Shown: positions 9,569-20,689, counted from the first letter of the stretch. The stretch is 64,000 nt of DNA from an uncultured Arcobacteraceae bacterium (GCA_964022095.1 CAXHZO010000003.1:64001-128000); one strand, 5' to 3'. Notes: generated by a model not told the origin, from the sequence alone. Program-made: numbers and translations.

Positions 9569-10633
9569 TTGAATCAATTACAAAGATATTTAAATCATTC
9601 TAAAATAGATGTACTATTTAAGCAAACAAAAGATGATTTTGTTGTTACTGAAGTACCTTTATATGATTTTTCAGGTGAGGGTGAACATCTAATTATAAAA
9701 ATTAGAAAGAAAGATTTAGCAACATGGGATGCCATAGAAATACTTGCAAGACATCTTAATTGTAGCACAAGAGAGTTTGGTTATGCAGGATTAAAAGATA
9801 AAAATGCAATGACTATTCAATCTTTATCTATTCATAAAAAATATGAAGCAGCACTAGAAGAGTTTGATAATCCAAACATTAAAATATTAGAGAAAACTTA
9901 TCACAATAACAAAATAAAAATAGGGCACTTAAAAGGTAATAAGTTCTTTGTTAGATTAAAAAGAGTTAATTTAATTGATGCTAAAAAAATAGAGAATGCT
10001 TTAGGGCAAATAGTTACTTTTGGTATGCCAAACTATTTTGGTTTCCAAAGATTTGGTATTGAAGGTGATAATTATAAAAAAGGTAAAGATATTATTGATG
10101 GTAAATTAAAAGAAAAAAGAAGAAACTTAAGACAAATGTATATTAATTCATATCAAAGTTTCTTGTTTAATAATTGGTTATCAAAAAGAATAGAAATATC
10201 AAAATTAATTGAAGCCTTTGAGCCTAAAGAGATTTACGAAAAATTAAACTTATCACTTGAAGTTGTAAAACAAATGAAAAAGCAGCCTCATCCTTTAAAA
10301 GTTCTTCCAGGAGATATGTTTTCACATTATCCATTTGGAAAGATTTTTACAATTGAAAATTTAGAAGAAGAATCTCAAAAGTTTTTTGATAGAGATAGAG
10401 TTCCAACAGGATTATTATGTGGTAAAAGAGTAAAGCTAAGTGTTGACTTAGCTTTTGAAATAGAAAAAGAATTCGATGAAAAAACTGGAACGGATGGTGC
10501 TAGAAGATTCGCATGGATATTCCCTGATGAAGTGGAAAGTACTTATAAAGAAGATAAAAACTGGATGGAACTTCAGTTTTATTTACCAAAAGGTTCATAT
10601 GCAACTGAACTAATTGCTGAAATAATACACTGA
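9569..10633 (+). CDS. truD: tRNA pseudouridine(13) synthase
   Basis: DFVVTE, GEGEH, YAGLKDKNA, GNKF, PNYFGFQRFG, LPKGSYAT; TTG start. Confidence 0.95.
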   Translation: MNQLQRYLNHSKIDVLFKQTKDDFVVTEVPLYDFSGEGEHLIIKIRKKDLATWDAIEILARHLNCSTREFGYAGLKDKNAMTIQSLSIHKKYEAALEEFDNPNIKILEKTYHNNKIKIGHLKGNKFFVRLKRVNLIDAKKIENALGQIVTFGMPNYFGFQRFGIEGDNYKKGKDIIDGKLKEKRRNLRQMYINSYQSFLFNNWLSKRIEISKLIEAFEPKEIYEKLNLSLEVVKQMKKQPHPLKVLPGDMFSHYPFGKIFTIENLEEESQKFFDRDRVPTGLLCGKRVKLSVDLAFEIEKEFDEKTGTDGARRFAWIFPDEVESTYKEDKNWMELQFYLPKGSYATELIAEIIH

Positions 10634-10708
10634 TAATTTTACTTTACTAGATAATAATTAAGTAAAGTTAAGTTAAACTTTATACATAATCTTTAAAAAA
10701 GGGTATGT

Positions 10709-11065
10709 ATGAAGTATGAAGAACTAATTAGTGAATTGTGTGAAGTAATTAAAGAATCAGAAAATAATGCTGAATTAATATATAATAATTGTGAAGACGT
10801 GCAAGAAATTATAAATATCTCAAATTTATCTTATAACGATAAAGAAAAAATCTCTCAAAAATTAACAGAAGTTTTTGGTTTATTACAACATCAAGATTTA
10901 CATAGGCAAAAAATAGAAAGAGTTGTAAATTTTGTTTGTGATAAAAATGATATTGATAAAGCTCAGTATAACTTAGCTCCAAGTGCAAAAAACATTGATA
11001 AGAGTGAAGATAATATGAATGATGAGGATTTAGAAGCTTTAATTAAACAAATGCAAGCTCAATAA
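10709..11065 (+). CDS. Compact CheZ-like phosphatase (epsilonproteobacterial type)
   Basis: LQHQDLHRQKIERVVN carries the DxxxQ motif of Helicobacter/Campylobacter CheZ; acidic C-terminal DEDLEALI peptide. Confidence 0.65.
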   Translation: MKYEELISELCEVIKESENNAELIYNNCEDVQEIINISNLSYNDKEKISQKLTEVFGLLQHQDLHRQKIERVVNFVCDKNDIDKAQYNLAPSAKNIDKSEDNMNDEDLEALIKQMQAQ

Positions 11066-11087
11066 AAGAAGTTTAACTTCTTTTATT
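11061..11087. terminator. Palindromic terminator between convergent genes
   Basis: AATAAAAGAAGTT-T-AACTTCTTTTATT. Confidence 0.55.
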
Positions 11088-13269
11088 TTTTACAAGCTAC
11101 TCTTTTTACATTATTTAAATTTCCAAATATTCTTAAAGCATTCACTTCAATATTTTTAGCTTTCTCATTTAGCTTTTCATTACTGTCTTTTTTTGCATTT
11201 AAATCTACTAAACTTTGAAGATCTTCATGGAATGTTTTTTGTAAACTAGATATGTCATTCATTAATGCTGAATCTATTTTTTTACCTGAGTTTGAATGCT
11301 CTACAATCCAATTATTTAATGAAGTATTTTGTTCCACTCTAAAATCTTGATAGGTACCTAATTTAGAATAAACTTTATCTTTTGTATTTAATAAATCAAC
11401 TTTTAATTGTGCAGTATCATATACTAAGTCAACATCATCGACTTTATCAAGGGCATATTCTATAAATGATGCTCTTGATGCTGCTGTTACAAGTGAATTT
11501 GACATTGTCGCAATATTTGTTGCCATATTTGAAATTTGTTCTGATACTTGTGCATTTTTCTGTGTTGCATGATCTAATGTATTAACTGCATCATTAATTT
11601 GAACAATTCCATTTTCTTGCTCTTTAGATGCTGTTGCTACATGATTAATGATTTCAATTGTATCAGATATATTTGTATTTAGCTCTTCATACCCTTTTAT
11701 CATTTCATCAGAAATTGATTTACCTTCGTTAGCTTTTGAATTAGCATCTTCAACTAAATCTTTAATCTCTTTTGCAGCTTCTGCACTTCTACTAGCTAAG
11801 TTTCTAACTTCTTGAGCAACAACTGCAAAGCCTTTTCCAGCTTCACCAGCAGTTGCAGCCTCAACTGCTGCATTAAGTGATAAAATATTTGTTTGGAATG
11901 CAATTTGATCAATAATTTCAATAGCTTCATCAATAGCAGTAACTTTTGAATTAATCTCATCCATAGAAGTTGCAGTTTGGTTTGCTAATGCTTGACCTTT
12001 ATTTGCAGATTTAGTAACACTTTGTGCAAGTTGCGACATTTTTACAGTTGCTTGTGTATTATTTTGAATATTTGATGTTATTTCTTCTAATGTTGCTGCT
12101 GTTTCTTCAAGTGATGCTGCTTGTTGATTTGAAGAAACCGATAGGTTTCGCGATGCTTCTGATAATATTTGAGTATTACTATTTAGGCTATTCCCTGTAT
12201 TCATAATCATTGCTAATATTTCAGATGTATTATTTCCTACAAGTTTTATTCCTGCTGTTAAAGAACCTAAATCCCCATAAATTCCTTCATCATTTATTTT
12301 AAAGTCATACTTAGATTCAGAATAGTATCTTAGTGTTTGATTGATTCTATCAAGTGTCTCTTTCGTACTTTCAATCATTAAGTTAAGTTTATTTTTTAAA
12401 TCTTCAACATGAGGGTTTGATGCAGTTTTAGTTACATTATAAACAAAGAAACCATTTTTTGTTTTTTCTAAAATATCACTTGCTTCTTCAATAACTAATT
12501 CATCTTGACGTAATCCATCTCTAACTTTTTTCATATATGTATTAAATAAAGTTGACACTTCACCAATCTCATCTTGAGATGTTATTTCTAAATTGATATT
12601 TGGGTCATTTGAACTTAAAAGGTTTTCAAAACCTTCTTTTAGTTTTGTTATAGGGTTTGTTGCTCTTTTTACTAAAATAAATATTAGTCCAATAGTAATC
12701 CAACCAAGAATAGTTGAAATAACTAAAATATCAACTACAAGCTCACTAATTTGAGCATCTGATTCATCAAGTGAAAATGTCAAATCCATTACACCAATCA
12801 CATCACCTTCATTTTGATTTGCATGACACATTAAACAATCTTGAGTTGCAATCATAGGTTTTACCATTCTTAAATTATGACCGTCTTCATCATTTGTTTC
12901 TAGTATTGCAGATTTTTTAGTGTCAAATACACTTATTACATCTTTATCTTCAGTAAAGGCAGTACTAGATCCATACAGTTCCATAAGTGGCTTACTTTTT
13001 GCTACTTCAAGCTTTTTTACACCCTTAATTGATTTAGCATCTTCTTCTGCTTTTTTTATTTGTGCAGGATTTCCAGTGTTCATAGCATTTCTCAAACTTT
13101 GGAACATTGCAGTGTTTAGCATCTCTAAGTTTTCTTTCGTTTTTGCAATTGAATCATCACTAACTTTTGAAGTTGTAAAATATACTACTGAGAGACTACT
13201 TATGGTCATTAAAATAAGTAGCGGAACTATTATCTTATTACTTATTTTTCTTGTTATAAAAGTTAACAT
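11083..13269 (-). CDS. Methyl-accepting chemotaxis protein with periplasmic CxxCH heme motif
   Basis: Two TM helices, HAMP (DEIGEV), [37 protein letters not shown] hairpin, CLMCH in the sensor domain; start moved to MLTFITRK. Confidence 0.92.
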   Translation of the reverse strand: MLTFITRKISNKIIVPLLILMTISSLSVVYFTTSKVSDDSIAKTKENLEMLNTAMFQSLRNAMNTGNPAQIKKAEEDAKSIKGVKKLEVAKSKPLMELYGSSTAFTEDKDVISVFDTKKSAILETNDEDGHNLRMVKPMIATQDCLMCHANQNEGDVIGVMDLTFSLDESDAQISELVVDILVISTILGWITIGLIFILVKRATNPITKLKEGFENLLSSNDPNINLEITSQDEIGEVSTLFNTYMKKVRDGLRQDELVIEEASDILEKTKNGFFVYNVTKTASNPHVEDLKNKLNLMIESTKETLDRINQTLRYYSESKYDFKINDEGIYGDLGSLTAGIKLVGNNTSEILAMIMNTGNSLNSNTQILSEASRNLSVSSNQQAASLEETAATLEEITSNIQNNTQATVKMSQLAQSVTKSANKGQALANQTATSMDEINSKVTAIDEAIEIIDQIAFQTNILSLNAAVEAATAGEAGKGFAVVAQEVRNLASRSAEAAKEIKDLVEDANSKANEGKSISDEMIKGYEELNTNISDTIEIINHVATASKEQENGIVQINDAVNTLDHATQKNAQVSEQISNMATNIATMSNSLVTAASRASFIEYALDKVDDVDLVYDTAQLKVDLLNTKDKVYSKLGTYQDFRVEQNTSLNNWIVEHSNSGKKIDSALMNDISSLQKTFHEDLQSLVDLNAKKDSNEKLNEKAKNIEVNALRIFGNLNNVKRVACKK

Positions 13270-13384
13270 AAGTGCACCTTTTTTCTTTAAGTACATTTAT
13301 TATATAATTAAAACTATTTATTATTTATAAAAATTAATAACTTTTTCATGAAAAGTTCAAAATTGCATAAAAAGAGAAGAAATA

Positions 13385-13948
13385 ATGATTGTAGGCCTTG
13401 TAGGTAAAATAATAAAAAAAGAACCAACCTTATTAAATGTGAACGTAAATGGAATTATTTATGAGGTTTTTGTTTCTTTAAACTGTAGCTCAAAAATTGT
13501 TACAGACGAAGTAAGTCTTGAAATCACTCACATTATTAGAGAAGATTCTCAAACCCTTTATGGCTTCTTAGATTCAAATGAAAAAAAGCTATTTGATACA
13601 GTAATAAAAATTAATGGTGTAGGCCCAAAAGTTGCCCTTGCCATTTGTTCTACATTTACTCCAAACTCTTTTGCACAAATTGTAAGTGAGAATGATGTTT
13701 CAATGCTAAAAAGAGTTCCAGGGATTGGTCCAAAAGGTGCTAGTAGAATTTTAGTTGAATTATCTGGATTTATTATTGATAGTGTTGAGGGAGATGATGC
13801 CTCATCATCTAATAGTACTTTGGAAGCTTCATTAGCTCTTGAATCTTTAGGGTTCAAAAAAGATGTTGTATCTAAAGCTTTAAAAACATGTATAAGTAAT
13901 AACACAAGTGATTTAGTAAAAGAAGCACTTAAAAAATTACAAAAATAA
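13385..13948 (+). CDS. ruvA: Holliday junction branch migration protein RuvA
   Basis: [11 protein letters not shown], HhH motifs GVGPK and VPGIGPK, ALESLGF. Confidence 0.95.
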   Translation: MIVGLVGKIIKKEPTLLNVNVNGIIYEVFVSLNCSSKIVTDEVSLEITHIIREDSQTLYGFLDSNEKKLFDTVIKINGVGPKVALAICSTFTPNSFAQIVSENDVSMLKRVPGIGPKGASRILVELSGFIIDSVEGDDASSSNSTLEASLALESLGFKKDVVSKALKTCISNNTSDLVKEALKKLQK

Positions 13949-13966
13949 CATTTAAAAAGGAAATTA

Positions 13967-15007
13967 ATGAAAATTGCTATAGTTTTTGGTGGAATAAGTT
14001 TTGAACATGAAATATCAATTGTAAGTTCAATTGCAATGAAAGATATTCTAAAAGATGAACTTGTTTATCTTTTTTTAGACTCTTCAAGAGAAATGTATCA
14101 TATTCCAACAGATCTTATAAAATCTAAACTATTTAGTTCAGGTGATTATAAAAAATTTGAAAAAGTTTATTTACAAAGAGGTGGTTTTTATAAAAAGGGT
14201 GGATTACTATCAAAAGAAAAACCCATAGATTACGATGTTGTTTTATCTTTGATGCATGGAGGTGATGGTGAAGATGGCATTTTCTCATCAGTTTTAGATT
14301 TTTATAGTATTCCTTATATTGCACCAAGAACTGAAGCTTGTGTTGTAAGTTCAAACAAGTTTTTAACAAAAGGTTATGCAAATAGTGTTGAAGTAAATAC
14401 TCTTGATTATAAATATTACACTAAAGGTGAAACTGTAGTTGTAAATGAATTTCCTGTAATTTTAAAACCTGTTAAACTTGGAAGCTCAATAGGTGTTTCA
14501 ATAGTTAAATCACAAGAAGAATTAGAATATGCACTTGATGTTGCATATGAGTTTGATAATGCAATTATTATTGAGCCTTTTATTCCTGGAGTTAAAGAGT
14601 ATAATTTAGCAGGAACAAGAGTAAATGGAGAGTTTAAATTTTCTATTATTGAAGAACCTCAAAAAGCAGAATTCTTAGATTTTGATAAAAAATATTTAGA
14701 CTTTTCTAGAACATCAAAAGCAATGGAAGTTGATTTAGGTGCTGAATTAAATGCAAAAGTAAAAGAGTCATTTAAAAGAATTTATAATAATCTTTTCGAA
14801 GGTTCAATAATTAGATGTGATTTTTTTATTGTAGATAATGAAGTATATTTAAATGAAATAAATTCGATTCCAGGTTCAATGGCTAATTACCTATTTGAAG
14901 ATTTTAGTTCACTATTTACAGATTTAGCAAAACATTTACCTAGAAAAAAACATATTCCAATTACTTATGAATATGTAAATAAAATTCACTCTTCAAAGGG
15001 AAAATAG
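13967..15007 (+). CDS. ddl: D-alanine--D-alanine ligase
   Basis: FGGISFEHEISIVS, HGGDGEDG, GSSIGVS, NEINSIPG. Confidence 0.95.
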   Translation: MKIAIVFGGISFEHEISIVSSIAMKDILKDELVYLFLDSSREMYHIPTDLIKSKLFSSGDYKKFEKVYLQRGGFYKKGGLLSKEKPIDYDVVLSLMHGGDGEDGIFSSVLDFYSIPYIAPRTEACVVSSNKFLTKGYANSVEVNTLDYKYYTKGETVVVNEFPVILKPVKLGSSIGVSIVKSQEELEYALDVAYEFDNAIIIEPFIPGVKEYNLAGTRVNGEFKFSIIEEPQKAEFLDFDKKYLDFSRTSKAMEVDLGAELNAKVKESFKRIYNNLFEGSIIRCDFFIVDNEVYLNEINSIPGSMANYLFEDFSSLFTDLAKHLPRKKHIPITYEYVNKIHSSKGK

Positions 15008-15009
15008 GC

Positions 15010-15729
15010 TTGGCATCAAAAAGTTTAACAGTATATAACAAAAGTTTTGAAATCTCTTATGATTTAGTTAATCCAGCAGGAACTAAAGATATTGTTTTTT
15101 TGCATGGTTGGGGTTCAAATAAAGAGATTATGAAAAATAGTTTTGGCTCACATTTAAAAGAGTTTAGACATATTTATATAGATATGCCTGGATTTGGAAA
15201 ATCGACAAATGATTATGAACTAACTACAAATGATTATGTGAAAATTGTTGATGAGTTTTTAAAACTATTAAATAGCTCAAAGGATATAATAGCAGGGCAC
15301 TCTTATGGTGGAAAAGTTTCAACACTTTTAAATCCTAAAAATCTAGTATTATTAAGTAGTGCGGGAATTTTAGAAGAGAAACCTTTTGATGTAAAATTAA
15401 AAATTACACTTGCAAAATTTTTTAATAAATTAGGACTAAAGTCTATTACAAAAGCTTTTAGAAGTAGTGATGTAAATACTATGAGTGAACAAATGTATGC
15501 TACTTTTAAAAATGTAGTAAATGAAGACTTTACTACTCATTTTTCAAACTTTAAAAACAATGCATTAATATTTTGGGGTGAAAAAGATGTAGCCACTTCG
15601 TTAGAATCTGGTAAAAAGATAGCCTCTTTAATAGAAAAGTCAACTTTTATATCTTATGATGGTGACCATTATTTCTTTGCACGAAATGCAAAAGATATCG
15701 CAGAAAGAATTGAGAATGGAATACTTTAA
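15010..15729 (+). CDS. Alpha/beta hydrolase
   Basis: FLHGWG, DMPGFG, GHSYGG nucleophile, WGEKD, DH; TTG start. Confidence 0.9.
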   Translation: MASKSLTVYNKSFEISYDLVNPAGTKDIVFLHGWGSNKEIMKNSFGSHLKEFRHIYIDMPGFGKSTNDYELTTNDYVKIVDEFLKLLNSSKDIIAGHSYGGKVSTLLNPKNLVLLSSAGILEEKPFDVKLKITLAKFFNKLGLKSITKAFRSSDVNTMSEQMYATFKNVVNEDFTTHFSNFKNNALIFWGEKDVATSLESGKKIASLIEKSTFISYDGDHYFFARNAKDIAERIENGIL

Positions 15730-17152
15730 TATATTTACACATATTGTACTAATTATGGCTTTAGGTTGGTACTTAATTACAAACTTACAATGGTATAACT
15801 ACAAACTGGAAAGAGTTATATTTAAACATCACAAATGGCAATGGCATATTACATATTTCGCAGCACCAATAGTACTGTTTTATTTAATACCTAGTCCTTA
15901 TTATGCAATATATTTTTATTTAATATATATGACAAGTTTTGTTTTATGGAATAAAAAACTTGATAGGCCAGTAGTTCTAACTTCAAGAGTAAAAAGATTT
16001 TTAACAATCTTATTATTTACTACTTTTGGTATGACAGCACTTTGTTTAGCAAGCCCACAATGTACTAATATGTTTATTTTTACACCTTTAATCCTTGCAT
16101 ATATTGCTTCAACGGTATTAGAAAAAATATTTTTCTTATCTTTTAAGCATAAAGGTAAACAAAGAGTTCAAAGTATTGTTGGTTTAAAAACTGTTGCAAT
16201 TACTGCTTCATATGGTAAAACTTCTATTAAAAACTACTTATATCATGTTTTAAAAAACAAATACAAAACATATAAAACTCCAAGAAGTGTAAATACAATT
16301 GGTGGTATTGTTTTAGATGTAAATAGAGATATACCTTTAGATACACAAGTATATATTGCAGAAGCAGGAGCAAGAGTAAAAGGAGATATTGAAGAGATTT
16401 CAATGTTTTTAGAACCTCAAATTTGTGTATTAGGAAGTGTTGGTGAACAACATATTGAATATTTTAAAACTTTAGATAATATTATTCATACAAAAATGGA
16501 AATTTTAAAATCTCCAAAAATGGAAATGGGATTTGTTCATGAAAGTGTTCCTATAAAAGAGTATGACACAATAACAAAGTTTCCAAACAATCTTCATATT
16601 ACTAAAAGTACATTAGATGGTATTTGGTTTGATGTAGAAATAAATGGCCAATTAGAACATTTTTATGCTCCAATTTTAGGAAGCTTCAATGCCATTAATC
16701 TAACAGCAGTAATTTTAGTGTCTCACTACTTAGGAATGAGTATTGATGAAATTAAAATTGCTTTTAAAACTTTACCTCAAGTAGAGCATAGACTTCAAAA
16801 AATTGAAGCTGGTGGAAAAATCATTGTTGATGATAGTTTTAACGGAAATCTAGAAGGTATGTTAGAAGCTGTAAATATTTGTAGTACTTATGAGGGAAGA
16901 AAGGTAATAATTACTCCAGGACTTGTAGAATCAACAGATGAAGCAAATATTTTATTAGCAGAAGCTATTAATGAAAAGTTCGATTATGTAATTTTAACTG
17001 GAAGTTTAAATACACATATATTAAGTTCAAATATAGATAGTGAAAAAGTATTTATTTTAAAAGACAAATCTTTATTAGAACAAACCTTAGCTCAAAAAAC
17101 TAAAGCAGGTGATTTGATTTTATTTGCTAATGATGCACCAAACTTTATTTAA
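15716..17152 (+). CDS. murF: Mur ligase with N-terminal membrane domain (probable MurF)
   Basis: ITASYGKTS, EAGAR, DDSFNGN; follows ddl; start taken at MEYFNIF. Confidence 0.8.
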   Translation: MEYFNIFTHIVLIMALGWYLITNLQWYNYKLERVIFKHHKWQWHITYFAAPIVLFYLIPSPYYAIYFYLIYMTSFVLWNKKLDRPVVLTSRVKRFLTILLFTTFGMTALCLASPQCTNMFIFTPLILAYIASTVLEKIFFLSFKHKGKQRVQSIVGLKTVAITASYGKTSIKNYLYHVLKNKYKTYKTPRSVNTIGGIVLDVNRDIPLDTQVYIAEAGARVKGDIEEISMFLEPQICVLGSVGEQHIEYFKTLDNIIHTKMEILKSPKMEMGFVHESVPIKEYDTITKFPNNLHITKSTLDGIWFDVEINGQLEHFYAPILGSFNAINLTAVILVSHYLGMSIDEIKIAFKTLPQVEHRLQKIEAGGKIIVDDSFNGNLEGMLEAVNICSTYEGRKVIITPGLVESTDEANILLAEAINEKFDYVILTGSLNTHILSSNIDSEKVFILKDKSLLEQTLAQKTKAGDLILFANDAPNFI

Positions 17153-17167
17153 GTAAAAGGAACATAA

Positions 17168-17656
17168 ATGGAACATTTATATGCACCTTGGAGATTTGAA
17201 TATGTTAGTGAAGAAAAAATAGAAGGTTGTGTATTTTGTCATATAGGAAAAAATATTGATGACGAAAAGTTACAAGTAGTTTTCAAGGACGAACTTTGTT
17301 ATGTGGTTATGAATAAATTTCCTTATAGTCCTGGACATATGATGGTAATTCCATGTTATCATACAGATAAAATTGAAGAACTTGATGATAAAGTATGGCA
17401 AGCTATGAGTTTGCGTGTTAAGCAAGGAGTAAAACTATTAAAAGAAGTTATGCCTTGTGAAGGTGTCAATATTGGTATGAACTTAGGAAAAGCTGCTGGT
17501 GCTGGAATTGAACAGCATGTACATTATCATTTATTACCAAGATGGATTGGTGATACAAACTTCATTTCAACTATTGGTGGAGCTAGAGTTTACCCAGCCA
17601 ACTTCAATGAAATATTTGAAAAACTTAAAAATAAAGCAAGTAAGTATTTTACTTAG
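17168..17656 (+). CDS. HIT-family nucleotide hydrolase
   Basis: LYAPWR, CVFC, NKFPYSPGH, HVHYH triad. Confidence 0.92.
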   Translation: MEHLYAPWRFEYVSEEKIEGCVFCHIGKNIDDEKLQVVFKDELCYVVMNKFPYSPGHMMVIPCYHTDKIEELDDKVWQAMSLRVKQGVKLLKEVMPCEGVNIGMNLGKAAGAGIEQHVHYHLLPRWIGDTNFISTIGGARVYPANFNEIFEKLKNKASKYFT

Positions 17657-17844
17657 TGTTCATATTAAATAATTATTTATAACAAATAAATACTACTACT
17701 CCCATAAATACTATAGCTATCAAACATAATAATATTATTTGTCTTAATCTTGTAAAATATACATTTTTATAAGTAAATAACTGTTTAATTAACTTTAAAT
17801 ATTTCTTTTTATATAGTATTTAATCTGCATATTTAGGGTATTTA

Positions 17845-18930
17845 TTGAAAGAAAAACTAGTAAGATTTTATAAAAGTAATTTTATATATAAAAATAAACA
17901 AGAATTATCTATTAAATCATTTATAATTCTTACTATACTTAATTTACTAGTATTCTTTTTAGTATTAAAAGGAATAGATAGTCAAATAAATAATTTGAAT
18001 AAACCAAATGAAAGATTTTCAAATCTATGTAGAGAGGTATTTAATAGTAAAAGTCTAACTGATATTAACAATAATTTTTATGAAAATAGATTAATGTTTA
18101 TAAAATTCAAAAATATTGATAATAGGTGTAAAGTTCTAATAGGAGAAAAGTTAAAAAATTTTATCTATGAAAACAATATAGATAATTCAAAAATAAAGAT
18201 CTCAAAACTTCAAAACGATTATAATATTATAAAAGATCAAATATCTAAAATTAAATTTACATATAATAATTTGATTAAGAAAAGGTATTATACTGATAAT
18301 GTAGGTAAATATATTTTTTTAGGAGAAGAGAATTTAAAGGATATAAAAGATCAATATGATTCACTACTTATAAAGTCTTCTAATTTACAAAAAAGTCTAA
18401 ATGATGAAACTGATAAAATTTTTTCTACTACTTCATTTAAAAAATTAAATAAATACATTTTAGAAAATAAGAAATCTATTAATTATGACTATAGTGGAAA
18501 TCTTATTGTATTTAAACTAAAGAAAATTATTGTTGCATTTTTATTTTTACTGCCACTTATTTATCTATTTTTTAGATTAATGATATATTTCAAAAAAAGA
18601 AGTTACATAAATTTTTTAGTGTTTAAAAGTTTGTTGCAAATAATATTAATTCCTATTCTAATTGCTGTACTATTTAAGTTCATATATTTTTTATATTCAA
18701 AAATTTCTTTTGATGTTTTTAAAAATATAATATATTCAAGTGAAAATTGGTTTATTGATTACTATTTAGTTATTTCTATCTTAATTGTAGTATTTACTTT
18801 TGTAATCTCAAAAATACAAGCTAAGCATGAGAGAAAAATAAAAAGATATGAAAAAGTTTCATCAAAAAACTATTATGGAGAAGTTTTTAAAACTAACAAA
18901 AAAATAAACCTAAATCAATGTGAGAATTAG
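17845..18930 (+). CDS. Hypothetical membrane protein with coiled-coil extracytoplasmic region
   Basis: One N-terminal and three C-terminal hydrophobic segments; very AT-rich; TTG start. Confidence 0.6.
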   Translation: MKEKLVRFYKSNFIYKNKQELSIKSFIILTILNLLVFFLVLKGIDSQINNLNKPNERFSNLCREVFNSKSLTDINNNFYENRLMFIKFKNIDNRCKVLIGEKLKNFIYENNIDNSKIKISKLQNDYNIIKDQISKIKFTYNNLIKKRYYTDNVGKYIFLGEENLKDIKDQYDSLLIKSSNLQKSLNDETDKIFSTTSFKKLNKYILENKKSINYDYSGNLIVFKLKKIIVAFLFLLPLIYLFFRLMIYFKKRSYINFLVFKSLLQIILIPILIAVLFKFIYFLYSKISFDVFKNIIYSSENWFIDYYLVISILIVVFTFVISKIQAKHERKIKRYEKVSSKNYYGEVFKTNKKINLNQCEN

Positions 18931-18931
18931 T

Positions 18932-18960
18932 AACTAGATTATTGAAATAAAAATCTAGTT
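18932..18960 (+). terminator. Terminator-like hairpin
   Basis: AACTAGATT...AATCTAGTT directly after the stop codon. Confidence 0.4.
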
Positions 18961-19045
18961 CATTAAATACACTATGATATAACTACAAATTAACAAAAAA
19001 ATAGTATATTATAATAACTTATTGACTTAATATTAGGAGTCTTGA

Positions 19046-20296
19046 ATGAAAAGAGATATTATAATAATTGGCGCAGGTATTATGGGTTTAACTGCTGCTT
19101 ATGAACTATTAAAAGCTGGAAAAAAAGTAACTATTATTGATGAAGGTGATATTACAAATTGTACTTCATTTGGTAATGCAGGCTTATTATCAGCTTTTGA
19201 TAAAGGACCTTTGGCAAACCCTGGAATTGTAACAGATACAATGAAACTTATGTTAAAAGGTGAATCCCCTGTTAATATACATCCTTCATTAGATACAAAA
19301 TTATTAAAATGGGTTTGGAAGTTTGTTAATAGTGCTAATGAAGAAAGATTAAAAAGAACTACAGCTTTATTTGAAAAATATGGTCATATTACAAATGAAA
19401 AATATAAACAAATGGAAAGAGAAGATGGATTAGATTTTGACTTTCATCATGATGGCATGTTATCAGTTTTTACACAGCAAGAATCATACGATAAAAAATT
19501 AAAAAAATATAATCTTACAGATGAAGATAGATTTAAAGTAATAGATAAAAACAAAATACACGATTATATCCCTTGTGCAAATGATGAAGTAAAAGGTGCA
19601 ATATTATTTAAAAAAAATGCACATTTAGATCCTAAAAGAGTAATGTTAGAGCTAAAGAGATATTTAGAAGAAAATGGTGCAGAGTTTATTTTAAATGAAA
19701 AAATTACAGATATAAAATATGATAAAGATGAAATAAAATCTATTAGTTCTAAATCAAATACCTATGAAGCACAAACATATATAATGACAACAGGTTATCA
19801 AACACTACTTGCTAATAAAGTAGGAACTGATTTAATGATGACTCCTGCAAAGGGTTATAGTATTACTTTTAATATGCCAAAGGAATTACAGCCTATTACT
19901 TCTACTTTATTTGCTGATTTATTTATTGTTTTCACTCCAAGAAGAGATGATGTAAGACTAACTTCTAAATTAGAATTAGGTTCAAGTGATCCAAAAGTAG
20001 TAAAAAAACAAATTGACAGTATAAAAGAGAACTTCAAAAAATACACTATACCTTTTGAAATGGATAATATTATTGAATGGTCAGGATTTAGACCATTAAC
20101 ACCAAATGATATGCCTTTGATTGGTAGAGATGAAAAATACAAAAACTTAATTTATGGTATGGGTTTAGGTTGGCTTGGAATGACATTTGCTCCAAGTTTA
20201 GCTGAGATATTAAAAGATATGATTATGAATGATTTAGATAATGTACAAAGTGATGACGTATTATTATTCTCAGGTTTTTACCAAGGAAAATATTAA
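19046..20296 (+). CDS. FAD-dependent D-amino acid dehydrogenase (DadA-like)
   Basis: IIGAGIMG, TSFGNAG, PAKGYSIT, WSGFRPLTPNDMPLIG. Confidence 0.88.
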   Translation: MKRDIIIIGAGIMGLTAAYELLKAGKKVTIIDEGDITNCTSFGNAGLLSAFDKGPLANPGIVTDTMKLMLKGESPVNIHPSLDTKLLKWVWKFVNSANEERLKRTTALFEKYGHITNEKYKQMEREDGLDFDFHHDGMLSVFTQQESYDKKLKKYNLTDEDRFKVIDKNKIHDYIPCANDEVKGAILFKKNAHLDPKRVMLELKRYLEENGAEFILNEKITDIKYDKDEIKSISSKSNTYEAQTYIMTTGYQTLLANKVGTDLMMTPAKGYSITFNMPKELQPITSTLFADLFIVFTPRRDDVRLTSKLELGSSDPKVVKKQIDSIKENFKKYTIPFEMDNIIEWSGFRPLTPNDMPLIGRDEKYKNLIYGMGLGWLGMTFAPSLAEILKDMIMNDLDNVQSDDVLLFSGFYQGKY

Positions 20297-20303
20297 CTTC
20301 AAA

Positions 20304-20312
20304 TGTTATAAT
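20304..20312 (+). promoter_or_regulatory. Extended -10 promoter upstream of the Rid gene
   Basis: TGTTATAAT about 22 nt before the ATG. Confidence 0.5.
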
Positions 20313-20334
20313 TCAATAAAAATCAAGGATAAAA

Positions 20335-20688
20335 ATGATTATAAGAAAAATTGTAAATGAGAAAATGAGTAGAATAGTTGAGCACAATGGAACTATTTAT
20401 CTAGCAGGTATTGTATCAGATGATAAAGAATTAGATATTAAAGTTCAAGCAAAAAGAGCTTTAGAAATTGTAGATGAAAGATTAAAAGAAGCTGGCTCAA
20501 GTAAACATAATATATTAAGAACAGAAATTTTTCTTAAAGATATTTATAGAGATTTTAATGATTTTAATGATATTTGGAAAGAATGGATTCCAAGTGATGA
20601 TAAGCCTGCAAGGTCTTGTGTTCAGGCTAATATGGCTAGTCATAATACTTTAGTAGAACTTGTTATTACTGCTGCAAAAATAGATTAA
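20335..20688 (+). CDS. RidA/YjgF family protein (Rid2-like)
   Basis: MSRIVEHNGTIYLAG, FNDIWKEW, PARSCV, LVELVITAA. Confidence 0.9.
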   Translation: MIIRKIVNEKMSRIVEHNGTIYLAGIVSDDKELDIKVQAKRALEIVDERLKEAGSSKHNILRTEIFLKDIYRDFNDFNDIWKEWIPSDDKPARSCVQANMASHNTLVELVITAAKID

Positions 20689-20689
20689 A

